DNA from: a virus
Reading direction: 5' to 3' (one strand)
IMG/VR virus record: IMGVR_UViG_3300021560_000013
Coordinates: 32,001 to 96,000 of that record
DNA: 64,000 bases
This document shows, piece by piece, positions 19,199-27,796 of the stretch (the stretch's first letter is position 1; every line of letters begins with the position of its first letter). The notes below the pieces were generated by a model. It searched no databases and was not told the DNA's origin. It saw nothing but the letters and a program-made list of their open reading frames with translations. The position numbers were made by a program, and so were the translations under genes.

Positions 19199-20457
19199 TG
19201 GCTGCCGTCAACCTCACCCCCAGCGCCGGTGCTGCCACCCAGGCGCTCGTGACGCTGTACGCGCCCGCGAAGGTGTTCTTCACCGCGAGCGCAGCTGCCG
19301 CCACGGCAGCGCTCGCCTCGCCGTCCACGCCGGTCACCGGCAACGGGCTGCCCCAGTCGATCGACCCGCTGGCGATCTTCTCCGACGTGAACACGCCCGA
19401 CTTGGAGCCGCCGGATCTGCTGTCCGAGGTGCCGCCCTTCGAGCAGAACTCCTACGAGATCCAGGCGGTGCTCGGCGTTGTCGCGAACGAGCTAGCGCGG
19501 ATCGAGGCGGCGCAGCAGGCGCTCGTGAACAACTTCTTCCCAGCGTCCGCCGACGCGCTGCTGCCGATCTTCGAGTCGCTGCTCGGCCTTCCGGTCGCCC
19601 CGCCGGGGCTCGACATCGGCACACGCCAGCAGATCGTGCTCGCGTACATGCAGCGGCTGAAGTCAGGCGGGCGCGGCCTGGACTGGATCAACGCGCTGAG
19701 CGCGCTGGCGGGCGTGAGCTTCACCTACCAGGAGCACCTCACCAACCCGATCACGAACCTCTGCACCAACGGCTCGTTCGAGCAGGACGTGGTCGGTGCC
19801 CTGCCCGCCGGGTGGAACACCGCCCCCGGCTACTGGATCAACACGGGCGCGACAGTCACCAAGCAGACGACAGGCGGCGGCTATGTCGGCGCGAGCGCGA
19901 TGCGGATCGTCACGCCCGGCGTCACCACACTGACCGGGGCGAAGTTTCCGATCAATGTGACCGCCGGTCAGCCGATGACGGTCAGCGCCGCGTTCAAGGG
20001 CGCTGCCGGGGGCGAGCAGATCCAGCTGGGCATCGGAGACGCGGTTGTCGGCTGGGCGTCAACCGCCGCCGTCACGCTGAGCACCGGCTGGCAGGTCTTG
20101 ACCACCACGCTCACGCCGACGGCCAGCGGCTCGACCTTCGTCGGGATCCGACAGAACCAGGCGAGCTACCCGGCGGTCACGTTCTACGTGGACGCCGTGA
20201 TGCTCGTCAACGGCTCCTCGGCCCCGGCCTACGCCGACGGCGATTCGCTCGGCTACCAGTGGTCCGGCGCGGCGGGGAACAGCACCAGCTTCCAGTCCTC
20301 GCCGCCCGCGAACACCGTCCTGGTCAAGATCCCGTCGGCGCTCGCCGGTGTCGGCTGGCCGTACATCCGCGACATCACCCCGGCTCACATCGCGATCCAG
20401 CAGGGCTACACCGACGGGTTCTTCGTCGGCATCACGAACATCGGGAGCAACCTATGA
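19198..20457 (+). CDS. Baseplate protein (YmfQ/XkdU-like) with an inserted carbohydrate-binding-like domain
   Basis: FESLLGL...RQQIV and C-terminal PAHI motifs; insert starting NLCTNGSFE. Confidence 0.7.
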   Translation: MAAVNLTPSAGAATQALVTLYAPAKVFFTASAAAATAALASPSTPVTGNGLPQSIDPLAIFSDVNTPDLEPPDLLSEVPPFEQNSYEIQAVLGVVANELARIEAAQQALVNNFFPASADALLPIFESLLGLPVAPPGLDIGTRQQIVLAYMQRLKSGGRGLDWINALSALAGVSFTYQEHLTNPITNLCTNGSFEQDVVGALPAGWNTAPGYWINTGATVTKQTTGGGYVGASAMRIVTPGVTTLTGAKFPINVTAGQPMTVSAAFKGAAGGEQIQLGIGDAVVGWASTAAVTLSTGWQVLTTTLTPTASGSTFVGIRQNQASYPAVTFYVDAVMLVNGSSAPAYADGDSLGYQWSGAAGNSTSFQSSPPANTVLVKIPSALAGVGWPYIRDITPAHIAIQQGYTDGFFVGITNIGSNL

Positions 20458-21587
20458 GCAAGCACCGCCAGCTGGTCTACGGCGCGCCCATTCCCCAGGA
20501 CTTCCTGGACGCGCTCCAGGAGTTCATCGGCATGGCCCACTCGGGCCTGCAGCTGTCCGTCGTCACGCCGGGCACCGCCAGCCAGCCCGCCAACCAGGTG
20601 CAGGTCGCTGCCGCGTCCGGCAACAGCCAGGTCGGCATCGCGATCAACGGACTGTGGCGCTACGTCGCCTCACCGCCCGCGCCGATCTCGATCTCGGGCG
20701 CGCCCGGCACCTACGACATCTTCGCCTGCACCGGCAACAACAGCTTCAGCGTCAACGCGACGCCACCGCCGCCCGAGCTTGACGCGACCGACTACACGTT
20801 CACACTCCAGGCGCTCCCCCAGGGCAGCACGCCGACGAGCCCGCCGAACTACCGCAAGATCGGGGAGTGCGTGTTCGACGGCACGCGGATCCTGTACCTG
20901 CGCCAGACGCTCGGCGGCGGCGACAGCTACCGCCAGTTCCAGGCGGGCGACCTGAAGCTGTCCGCCGTCGCGAGCCCGCCGCCGGGCTGGCTGCTGTGCG
21001 ACGGGACCGCGTACAGCCGGGCGACGTACGGCGTCCTCTACGCCGCCCTGGGAGGGTCAGCCTCGCCGCACGGCCAGGGAGACGGCTCGACTACCTTCAA
21101 CGTGCCGGACTACAAAGGCCGCGTTCCGATGGGCGTCGGCACCGCCGCCGGGGCAGCCGGGGCTACCAGCCACACGCTCGGAGCCAAGGGCGGCGAGGAG
21201 ACCCACGTACTGCAGAACGCCGAGATGCCCAGCCACAGCCACGGCGGCTTCGACGGCTACGCCTCGACCGACCACTACCACTACGGCGGCACCAGCAACG
21301 ACTCGCCCGACCATGCGCACAACCTGTCGCTCTCGGCCAACAACTCGCCCGTCACCCAGTCGGGCGGGCAGGGTTGCGCGACGATCGGCGGCGGGTCGAG
21401 CACCAGCGGCGCGACCGCCCGGCACTCGCACACGTTCACGACCTGGTGGCAGTCCCAGACGCGCAACAGCTACGACGGCTCGGTCTCCGACCCGAACCAC
21501 CGTCACGCGATCAGCGCCGACGGCGGCAGCGGCCCTCACAACACGCTGATGCCGTACACCACCTGCAACGTATTCATCAAGTTCTAG
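20454..21587 (+). CDS. Tail-collar domain fibre protein
   Basis: PPGWLLCDGTAYSRATY...GDGSTTFNVPD...GGEETHVL...EMPSHSH. Confidence 0.85.
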   Translation: MSKHRQLVYGAPIPQDFLDALQEFIGMAHSGLQLSVVTPGTASQPANQVQVAAASGNSQVGIAINGLWRYVASPPAPISISGAPGTYDIFACTGNNSFSVNATPPPPELDATDYTFTLQALPQGSTPTSPPNYRKIGECVFDGTRILYLRQTLGGGDSYRQFQAGDLKLSAVASPPPGWLLCDGTAYSRATYGVLYAALGGSASPHGQGDGSTTFNVPDYKGRVPMGVGTAAGAAGATSHTLGAKGGEETHVLQNAEMPSHSHGGFDGYASTDHYHYGGTSNDSPDHAHNLSLSANNSPVTQSGGQGCATIGGGSSTSGATARHSHTFTTWWQSQTRNSYDGSVSDPNHRHAISADGGSGPHNTLMPYTTCNVFIKF

Positions 21588-21630
21588 CTCACGACGTAAC
21601 ACATGCTGCGCGCTCGTGTATCCTGTGAGC

Positions 21631-21712
21631 ACACGAGGACCCCGAACGCAACTCTCCTCGGTCGGGATTGAAACGTCCGGGCCTCTGAAACGGCTCCTAC
21701 GGGAGCCGTTTC
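21631..21712 (+). ncRNA. Predicted small antisense RNA complementary to the phage CCCGACCGAGGAG RBS motif
   Basis: TATCCT -10 at 21619-21624; irregular stem presenting CTCTCCTCGGTCGGGA (21652-21667) at its apex; terminal 11-bp hairpin; no credible ORF. Confidence 0.6.
21687..21712. terminator. Hairpin terminator, probably bidirectional
   Basis: GAAACGGCTCC-TACG-GGAGCCGTTTC perfect 11-bp stem with a UNCG loop, between convergent gene blocks. Confidence 0.75.
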
Positions 21713-21761
21713 GCCTTCCAGGGCCAGGTACCGGGTGGGGGCTCGGAGGGGCGCAGCGGGC

Positions 21762-22073
21762 TCAGGCGGCGCTCTGGGGGGCCTTCTGGGGCCATAGCCC
21801 CGCCATCCGCTCGCGCGCCCCGGCGGTCGTCCAGATCGTCACACCGAATGACGGCGGCGAGCCGATCCGGCACTCGCCTTCGAGCGTCAGCCACTCCAGG
21901 CGCGGCCTGCCGTCCCGGTCCTCCAGGTCCATCGGGTCAAGGCACCGGCGGCGCGTCTCCGGATCGCTGGAGCGGTAGTCGCCCGTCCGGTGGATGTCGA
22001 ACGCCTCGACGGAGTGGAAGTGCCTGCCGCAGGCACTGCAATGGTTGGTGCAGGTGACGGTCTTAGCTGGCAA
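21762..22073 (-). CDS. Small zinc-binding phage protein (FDxHR type)
   Basis: HCSACGRHF...AFDIHR...C motif; TTG start overlaps the upstream gene. Confidence 0.65.
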   Translation of the reverse strand: MPAKTVTCTNHCSACGRHFHSVEAFDIHRTGDYRSSDPETRRRCLDPMDLEDRDGRPRLEWLTLEGECRIGSPPSFGVTIWTTAGARERMAGLWPQKAPQSAA

Positions 22074-22995
22074 CGGGCTCCTCGACCGCCTCGCCCTCGA
22101 TCGGGATCGAGCCCCCGTTGCGCAGCACGAAGTCCGTTACCTCCTGCAGGATCTCCGTCCGCTTCGCCAGGTCCGCCCCGGCGAGCTTCAGCCGCACCTT
22201 CTGGGGTAGGAATGATCCGGGCCGGACACGGTTCGCCTCAGCGAACGCCACCTGCAGCTGTCGGGCAAGCTCGTCGTCCGGCCCCCAGTCAGGCTCCTGG
22301 TCGATCGGCGCGCCCAGGTCGATGATCCCGCCGAGCTTCTCGTCGTAGCGTGCGCCCACCTCGTCCTCGGGGATCAGCCCGGTGATCGAGAACTGCTTGC
22401 GGAGCACCATCGACTCGGCGCACTTCAGGATCATCGCGTCCGGGTACTTGCCCCAGGACTTCTTCATGTTCGGGCGGTTGTACTGGGCGAACTTCGCCAG
22501 GAAGAACGTCGGCACGCGCACGCCCCGGTAGCACATCGCCCACGCGCCGACGATGTTGCCCTTCAGCCGCTCCTCGGCGGCGATCTCGTCGTAGGTGTGG
22601 ACGAACCCATCCTTGGTGCGGGCGATCTTGTCGGTGGCGTAGATCACGTCGCCGTTCATCCCGCCGAAGTCGTCGTAGCGGTTCGCGATCGCGAGCAGCC
22701 CGTCGCGCGAGACGATTGTCACCCACGTCGGCTCCTCGCCGTCGCGGCCCGGCATCTTCGCCAGGTACACCTGCCCGGCGAACGGGTCGAGCTTGTAGCG
22801 CCCCGTCAGTTCGAGGAACATCAGGAACGCGTTGTCGTCCGCGCCGCGAGCGACCGTCCGCTTCATCAGCGCCAGCTGCTCGTTGTCGAACGCGAACCGC
22901 GCCGGACGCGTCAGCGGCGTCGGCATCGCGCGGACGATCATGCCGGGGTTGTCGCCCGGCGGGGCCTCCGGGGGGGCTGTCTCGGTCTCAGCCAT
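22063..22995 (-). CDS. bet: Bet/RecT-family single-strand annealing protein
   Basis: LDPFAGQVY, VSRDGL, GAWA, WGKYPDAMILKCAES..LRKQF motifs; adjacent to a nuclease. Confidence 0.85.
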   Translation of the reverse strand: MAETETAPPEAPPGDNPGMIVRAMPTPLTRPARFAFDNEQLALMKRTVARGADDNAFLMFLELTGRYKLDPFAGQVYLAKMPGRDGEEPTWVTIVSRDGLLAIANRYDDFGGMNGDVIYATDKIARTKDGFVHTYDEIAAEERLKGNIVGAWAMCYRGVRVPTFFLAKFAQYNRPNMKKSWGKYPDAMILKCAESMVLRKQFSITGLIPEDEVGARYDEKLGGIIDLGAPIDQEPDWGPDDELARQLQVAFAEANRVRPGSFLPQKVRLKLAGADLAKRTEILQEVTDFVLRNGGSIPIEGEAVEEPVAS

Positions 22996-24208
22996 TGCCT
23001 GCCTTTCTCGCTTCCACCTGCGCCAGCGATGCCTCCAGCTGGCGCAGCAGTTCGTCGTCTACTTCCTCGGGCACGATCGGAGGCTTCGGGATGTGGATGT
23101 CGAACCGCGTCCCGATCTCCTCACGGTACAAGTCCTCGATCGACTCGCCCACCTGCAGGCCGCGCTCCAGCTGCTCCATCGTCGGGCGCGCCACCCGGCG
23201 CTGCACCCGATGGCCGTACACCCGGTTCGCCTTCGCGTCCTTCACCGGGATCGGACCGTGAACCGACGCCCACGCCTTCGCCGCCTCCTTGTTCTGCTTG
23301 ATCGCCTTCTCGGCCACCAGGATCTGAGCGACCACCTCCTCAGCCTCCTCCGCGTTGCGGATGCGGCCCCGACGGCGCGCCGTAGGGAAGATCGGGCACG
23401 CCGTCGGGCGGGGGCAGTGGCCGCAGTGGTTACCCGGCGAGGGATGCCAGGTCTCCTCCTCGACCGAGCGGTCGAAGCGTTCGATCAGCGCCGACATCGT
23501 CAACTCGATCTCGTCCAGCTGATCGCGATACAAGGTCGCCTGTCGTGGCTGGGAGTAGCGGGGGTAGAACTCGCGCAGCGTGATCGACGTGAGCGGCGCG
23601 TGGTTCTTGAAGCCGAGCAGCGCGTAGGCCCGCTGCTGGAAGAAGCCCGACTCGGAGATCTCCGAGGGCGGCGGCAGCCACCAGCCGGTCTTCCAGTCGA
23701 TCACGATCCCGTGCTCCAGGTTCTCGCCTTCCGCGAACAGCGCGTCCAGCTGGCCGGTGAACACCCGGTCCACCTGCCCGCCGTACGGGTTCGGGTAGCG
23801 CACGACCGTGTCCAGCCGCTGCTCGATGTCCACCAGCCCGGCGATGTTCCACTGCGTCTCGGAGGCGAACTTCTTCGTCATCCACAGCAGATCGTGGATC
23901 TCGGACATCGGCACGTTCACCATGTCCGCGATCGGCACGTCCGCCTGGCGCAGCGTCTCCAGCATGATCGCGAGCGCTACGTCCACCTCGATGCGCTCCT
24001 CGCCGTGCGCGGCCATCTCCCGCAGCATCTTCGCTGCCGCCCGGTGCCAGATGATCCCCCGGCCCGACGCCGCGTCCGAGAACGTCTTGCGGTACCGGCG
24101 CTCGAACAGGCTCATCAGCCCGCACTCGTCGTAGTCCGACAGGGTGCTTTGCCGGACCCTCGGGAACTCCTCCAGCGCCTTCGGATACGGCGTCGCTGCT
24201 ACCACCAC
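22988..24208 (-). CDS. PD-(D/E)XK (RecB-like) exonuclease
   Basis: GQLD...IDWKTG, QQRAY, C-terminal HCGHCP...CP; partner of Bet. Confidence 0.8.
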   Translation of the reverse strand: MVVAATPYPKALEEFPRVRQSTLSDYDECGLMSLFERRYRKTFSDAASGRGIIWHRAAAKMLREMAAHGEERIEVDVALAIMLETLRQADVPIADMVNVPMSEIHDLLWMTKKFASETQWNIAGLVDIEQRLDTVVRYPNPYGGQVDRVFTGQLDALFAEGENLEHGIVIDWKTGWWLPPPSEISESGFFQQRAYALLGFKNHAPLTSITLREFYPRYSQPRQATLYRDQLDEIELTMSALIERFDRSVEEETWHPSPGNHCGHCPRPTACPIFPTARRRGRIRNAEEAEEVVAQILVAEKAIKQNKEAAKAWASVHGPIPVKDAKANRVYGHRVQRRVARPTMEQLERGLQVGESIEDLYREEIGTRFDIHIPKPPIVPEEVDDELLRQLEASLAQVEARKAGNG

Positions 24209-24364
24209 GGGGGTGCCTCCTCGGTCGTTACAGGGAGGCTCGCACGTCGATCGGACGGAACCGCGATCCGTTTCCCGCAGGGTCCGCGACGGCGGTTAGT
24301 CTCCTCGAAGTGTCCCGACCGAAACCCTCCTCCAGCACTCCCGCGAAGCTGCCCCTCTGAGCCC

Positions 24365-24823
24365 GTGGGAGCCTCCGTAACGCCACGGGAGTGGTACCGG
24401 AGGGTGGTGGGCCACCCCCCCAAGCCGTGCGCCGTATGTCGCGGGAGAGTGCGCGTCCAGGGGCACCACATCATCACGCAGGTGAGGCTTGAGCGCGTCG
24501 AGCGCGAGCGCCACCTGGAGCCCGGCACCCTCGTCTGGGATCCACGGTGCGGCATCGCGATCTGCGAGCTATGCCACACCCGCCACACCAGCGCGTTCCG
24601 CCGGATCCCCCGCTCGAAGCTCACACCGGAGAACTGGGACTTCATCAACGAGCTAGGGCTCGACTGGTGGATCGCGCGCTACTACCCAGGAGAGAGAGAT
24701 GGCGAAGGCGCAGCAGAACAACGGCAGCACGCAGTCGATCGAGGACATGGCAGGCGACGAGACCGTCCTGGGCGCGGCGATCAACGGCACCTCGGAACAG
24801 CTGAGCTTCGATCTCGGGTCTGA
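24365..24823 (+). CDS. HNH-like zinc-binding protein
   Basis: CAVC...HHI...CELCH pattern; start uncertain; 3' end overlaps the next gene by ~125 nt. Confidence 0.55.
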   Translation: MGASVTPREWYRRVVGHPPKPCAVCRGRVRVQGHHIITQVRLERVERERHLEPGTLVWDPRCGIAICELCHTRHTSAFRRIPRSKLTPENWDFINELGLDWWIARYYPGERDGEGAAEQRQHAVDRGHGRRRDRPGRGDQRHLGTAELRSRV

Positions 24824-25034
24824 GTACAACCTGACCGACTCGACGCTGAAGCTCGCACAGATCCCGACCATGACCGTCAACGGTCAGTTCTCCGAGGGCG
24901 ACCGCGTGAAGGTGCTGCTGGAGATCGAGGTGGAGTACGTGAGCTTCCCGCCGATCAAGGACCGAGGGTTCCGCGTCGGCACCGAGCGACGGCACATCGG
25001 CCAGGTGATGTCCGCCGCGCCTGTAGACGACTAA
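24699..25034 (+). CDS. Hypothetical protein
   Basis: AGGAG RBS; typical codon use. Confidence 0.65.
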   Translation: MAKAQQNNGSTQSIEDMAGDETVLGAAINGTSEQLSFDLGSEYNLTDSTLKLAQIPTMTVNGQFSEGDRVKVLLEIEVEYVSFPPIKDRGFRVGTERRHIGQVMSAAPVDD

Positions 25035-25139
25035 GGCCGCTCTTAGCGGGAACTTTCGGATTGCGGGGCGGCGTGTCCGGCGCTAGGTTCACGGGTCTGC
25101 CGTCCCGACCGACGCTCGCGTCCAGAGCGGGGAGATGCC

Positions 25140-27044
25140 GTGCCTTCTGAAGCCGTCGAACGCGTGCTCGCGCGCCTATGGGCGCTGGACTGCAACGCAC
25201 GCGGCAACGAGACGACGGGCTGGACGGCGAAGTGCCCGGCGCACGACGACCGCAGCCCGAGCTTCAAGCTTGACCAGGCCGACGACGGCAGGGCGCTCGT
25301 CTACTGCCACACCGGCTGCACCATTGACCAGATCGCGTCCTCCATGTCGCTCGACGTGCGCGAACTGTTCGAGCCCGAGCCCGAGTCGATCGACAAGATC
25401 GTGGTCGAGCGCTACGACTACACCGACCAGCACGGCGTCATGCTGTTCCAGGTCGAGCGCCTGAGCCCGAAGGGGTTCCGCCAGCGCAAACCAGACGGGC
25501 GCGGCGACTGGTCGTACTCGCTCGGGTCAACGCGCCGAGTCCTGTACCGGCTACCGGCGGTGATCGAGGCGGTCAAGGCCGGGCAGCGGATCTACCTGGT
25601 CGAGGGCGAGAGGGACGTTCACACGCTGGAGAGCAAGGGCAAGGTCGCCACCACCATGCCCGGCGGCGCGGGCAAGTGGCGCAAGGAGTACACCGAGACG
25701 CTGCGTGGCGCACGCGAGGTGGCGATCATCCAGGACGTAGACGAGCTTGACCCGAAGACCGGCCACCGCCCCGGCCAGGAGCACGCCGAGATGGTGCGCC
25801 AGAAGCTAGAGGGTGTCGTCCAGGCGGTCAGGGTGTTCCAGCCCGCCGTCGGCAAGGACATCACCGATCACATCAAGGCTGGGATGGGAGTCGGCGCGAT
25901 CGTGCCCGCCGGGGAGTCGCGTCCGCATGCACGCCTGGAGATCAAGCCAGCCAGGGCGATCATGGAGGAGCCGGAACTGGGCGAGGAGGGGTTCCTGCTC
26001 GGGCCGTTGGTCTACAAGGGCCACCGGATCGTCGTCGGCGGCTGGACCGGCCACGGCAAGACCACCTTCACGATGCACATGGTGAGCGCCGCCGTCAACG
26101 GCAAGGAGTTCCTGCGGCCACTCTGGAAGGGCAGGAAGGACAGGGACAGGCCCGTGACGGCGCTCGTGATCGACGTGGAGCAGGGCACCAAGACGGTCAA
26201 GCGCGTGCTCCGCGAGACCGGCCTGGATCACTCCGACCGCGTCCAGTACCTGCGCGTGCCAGACGGGCTGGCGCTCGACTCCGACCCGGAGGCCATCGAG
26301 TTCCTTGAGAAGGCGTTCGCCAAGAACCACTTCGACATCGTGCTGGCCGATCCGCTGTACAAATTGCACCGGGGCGACCCGAACGACACCAAGGCTGCGA
26401 CCGAACTGATGCGCCGGTTTGACGACTGGCGCGAGCGCTACTCGTTCGCGCTGATCCTGCCGATGCACTGCCGCAAGCCGCAAGGCGACCGTGGCCCGAA
26501 GCTCTCCCCCCACGACCTGTTCGGCTCATCCGCATACCAGTGGGGTGCGGAGATGTTGCTCGGCGTCGAGCGCAAGTCGCAGACCAAGACGTGGATCCAC
26601 TGGTGGAAGGACCGCGAGGGCGAGGCTGCCGAGCAGGGCGCAATCGTCGGCTCGCACTGGGACATCGCCTTCGATCGGAAGACCGGCTTCGGGCGCTACG
26701 TTGAGAACCACCAGGAGCGACTGCCGATCGTCGCCCAGCCGAGCCCGAGATTCGATCTGGGCGACTTCTGCTACCAGCAGATCCGGGACACCGGCGCGGT
26801 CACTCGCGACGACATCAAGTCCCGCCTGCACGCGAAGGGCATCCGCTGGGCTGGTGGCATGCCCGCCATCGACAAGGCGCTGGAGAACCAGGGACACCGG
26901 GGCGTGATCTCCAACGGCGCGCACCTCAAGAAGGACCGCGTCTACCAGTTGCAACCCGAGCTTCTCACAGCAGAGAGCCCCGCCGAAGCGGGGCTCGATA
27001 CCTCATCGCCTACCAGAGCAAGTGAGGAAGGAGGCGCACTCTAG
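25140..27044 (+). CDS. Primase-helicase (Zn finger, TOPRIM, RecA-like AAA helicase)
   Basis: CPAHDDRSPS...CHTGC; LVEGERDV; Walker A GWTGHGKT; VLADP Walker B. Confidence 0.85.
   Translation: MPSEAVERVLARLWALDCNARGNETTGWTAKCPAHDDRSPSFKLDQADDGRALVYCHTGCTIDQIASSMSLDVRELFEPEPESIDKIVVERYDYTDQHGVMLFQVERLSPKGFRQRKPDGRGDWSYSLGSTRRVLYRLPAVIEAVKAGQRIYLVEGERDVHTLESKGKVATTMPGGAGKWRKEYTETLRGAREVAIIQDVDELDPKTGHRPGQEHAEMVRQKLEGVVQAVRVFQPAVGKDITDHIKAGMGVGAIVPAGESRPHARLEIKPARAIMEEPELGEEGFLLGPLVYKGHRIVVGGWTGHGKTTFTMHMVSAAVNGKEFLRPLWKGRKDRDRPVTALVIDVEQGTKTVKRVLRETGLDHSDRVQYLRVPDGLALDSDPEAIEFLEKAFAKNHFDIVLADPLYKLHRGDPNDTKAATELMRRFDDWRERYSFALILPMHCRKPQGDRGPKLSPHDLFGSSAYQWGAEMLLGVERKSQTKTWIHWWKDREGEAAEQGAIVGSHWDIAFDRKTGFGRYVENHQERLPIVAQPSPRFDLGDFCYQQIRDTGAVTRDDIKSRLHAKGIRWAGGMPAIDKALENQGHRGVISNGAHLKKDRVYQLQPELLTAESPAEAGLDTSSPTRASEEGGAL
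26975..26996. other. Perfect 9-bp hairpin inside the 3' end of the primase-helicase gene
   Basis: GAGCCCCGC-CGAA-GCGGGGCTC. Confidence 0.5.
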
Positions 27045-27425
27045 GGCGCGCTTCGGACAGATCCGCCCCACACCCCGACAGGGCGTCACCAAGGGGTACC
27101 ACGGTCGCTCCCCGATCTGGGAGCGGAGGCCGACTGGAAGCCGATGAAGCGCGGAGCTTGTAGCCCGGATCGGGGTGAAGTGCGTGGCGCGTGGAGGTGG
27201 AAAGAGTCCGAAACCGCATGCCGACGGCTCACCCTGCGGATGTTCGTGGCTCGGTCTTCTGTCCCTCCGGGGGCAGTAGGCCGTAGTCCTCCCCTGCCTT
27301 CAGGTCTTCCCAACGGATGTAGTTACCGATCGCGAAGTTGGAGCAGGTCGAGACAGGTCGAGGGTTGAGCCTCTCCTTACCTCAGAGATCGCCAGGGCGA
27401 GGCTCGGACCCTGGTCTTGTGTGGA

Positions 27426-27596
27426 CTATGGCTTACAGCGTTTGCAGGCTGGGTGACCGTCTCGGATGCACTCGGAGCGCCTGCGATCGACTACCGGGTT
27501 TTTGAGAACCACGCTCAGTAGCCACCTGCATTTGGGCCGGTGGTAGCGGGCCTCTGGGTTGTCGGTCTCGATCTTGACCATCGGGTCGTTGTCCAT
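27426..27596 (-). CDS. 56-aa Ada-type zinc-binding-like protein
   Basis: YHRPKC...GHPACKRCKP; AGGAGGT RBS. Confidence 0.6.
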   Translation of the reverse strand: MDNDPMVKIETDNPEARYHRPKCRWLLSVVLKNPVVDRRRSECIRDGHPACKRCKP

Positions 27597-27691
27597 GTTC
27601 ACCTCCTCTCGGGTCGGGATGGTTTGCCGTATACATCGGCAGATCAGGCGTTGGACTTGAGTGCCCTGGCTCGCGACTTGTGTTTGGGGCC

Positions 27692-27722
27692 TTGACACGG
27701 AGCACGCGATCTGTGTTAGAGT
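27692..27722 (+). promoter_or_regulatory. Sigma70-type promoter overlapping a degenerate palindrome
   Basis: TTGACA at 27692-27697; TGTGT-TAGAGT extended -10; spacer is long at 19 nt. Confidence 0.5.
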
Positions 27723-27796
27723 GCCCGGCTCAATCGCCGTGATGCTCACGCACAAGCGTCAGCGGACCGGCGTCTACCAAGGGTGGTGAGTGGCTT

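Noticed and set aside
9435-21587. Diversity-generating retroelement acting on the fibre repeats
   Set aside because: No reverse transcriptase in the window, and I found no near-identical repeat pair differing only at adenines.
21589-21667. Minus-strand micro-ORF (TTG, ~20 aa) served by the RBS motif at 21652-21667
   Set aside because: Only 2 nt separate GGAG and TTG, codon use is atypical, and it lies beyond the terminator on that strand. The antisense-RNA reading fits better, although a vestigial cassette cannot be fully excluded.
22988-24208. Cas4 / CRISPR adaptation gene
   Set aside because: Its position beside Bet indicates a phage recombination exonuclease, and there are no other cas genes.
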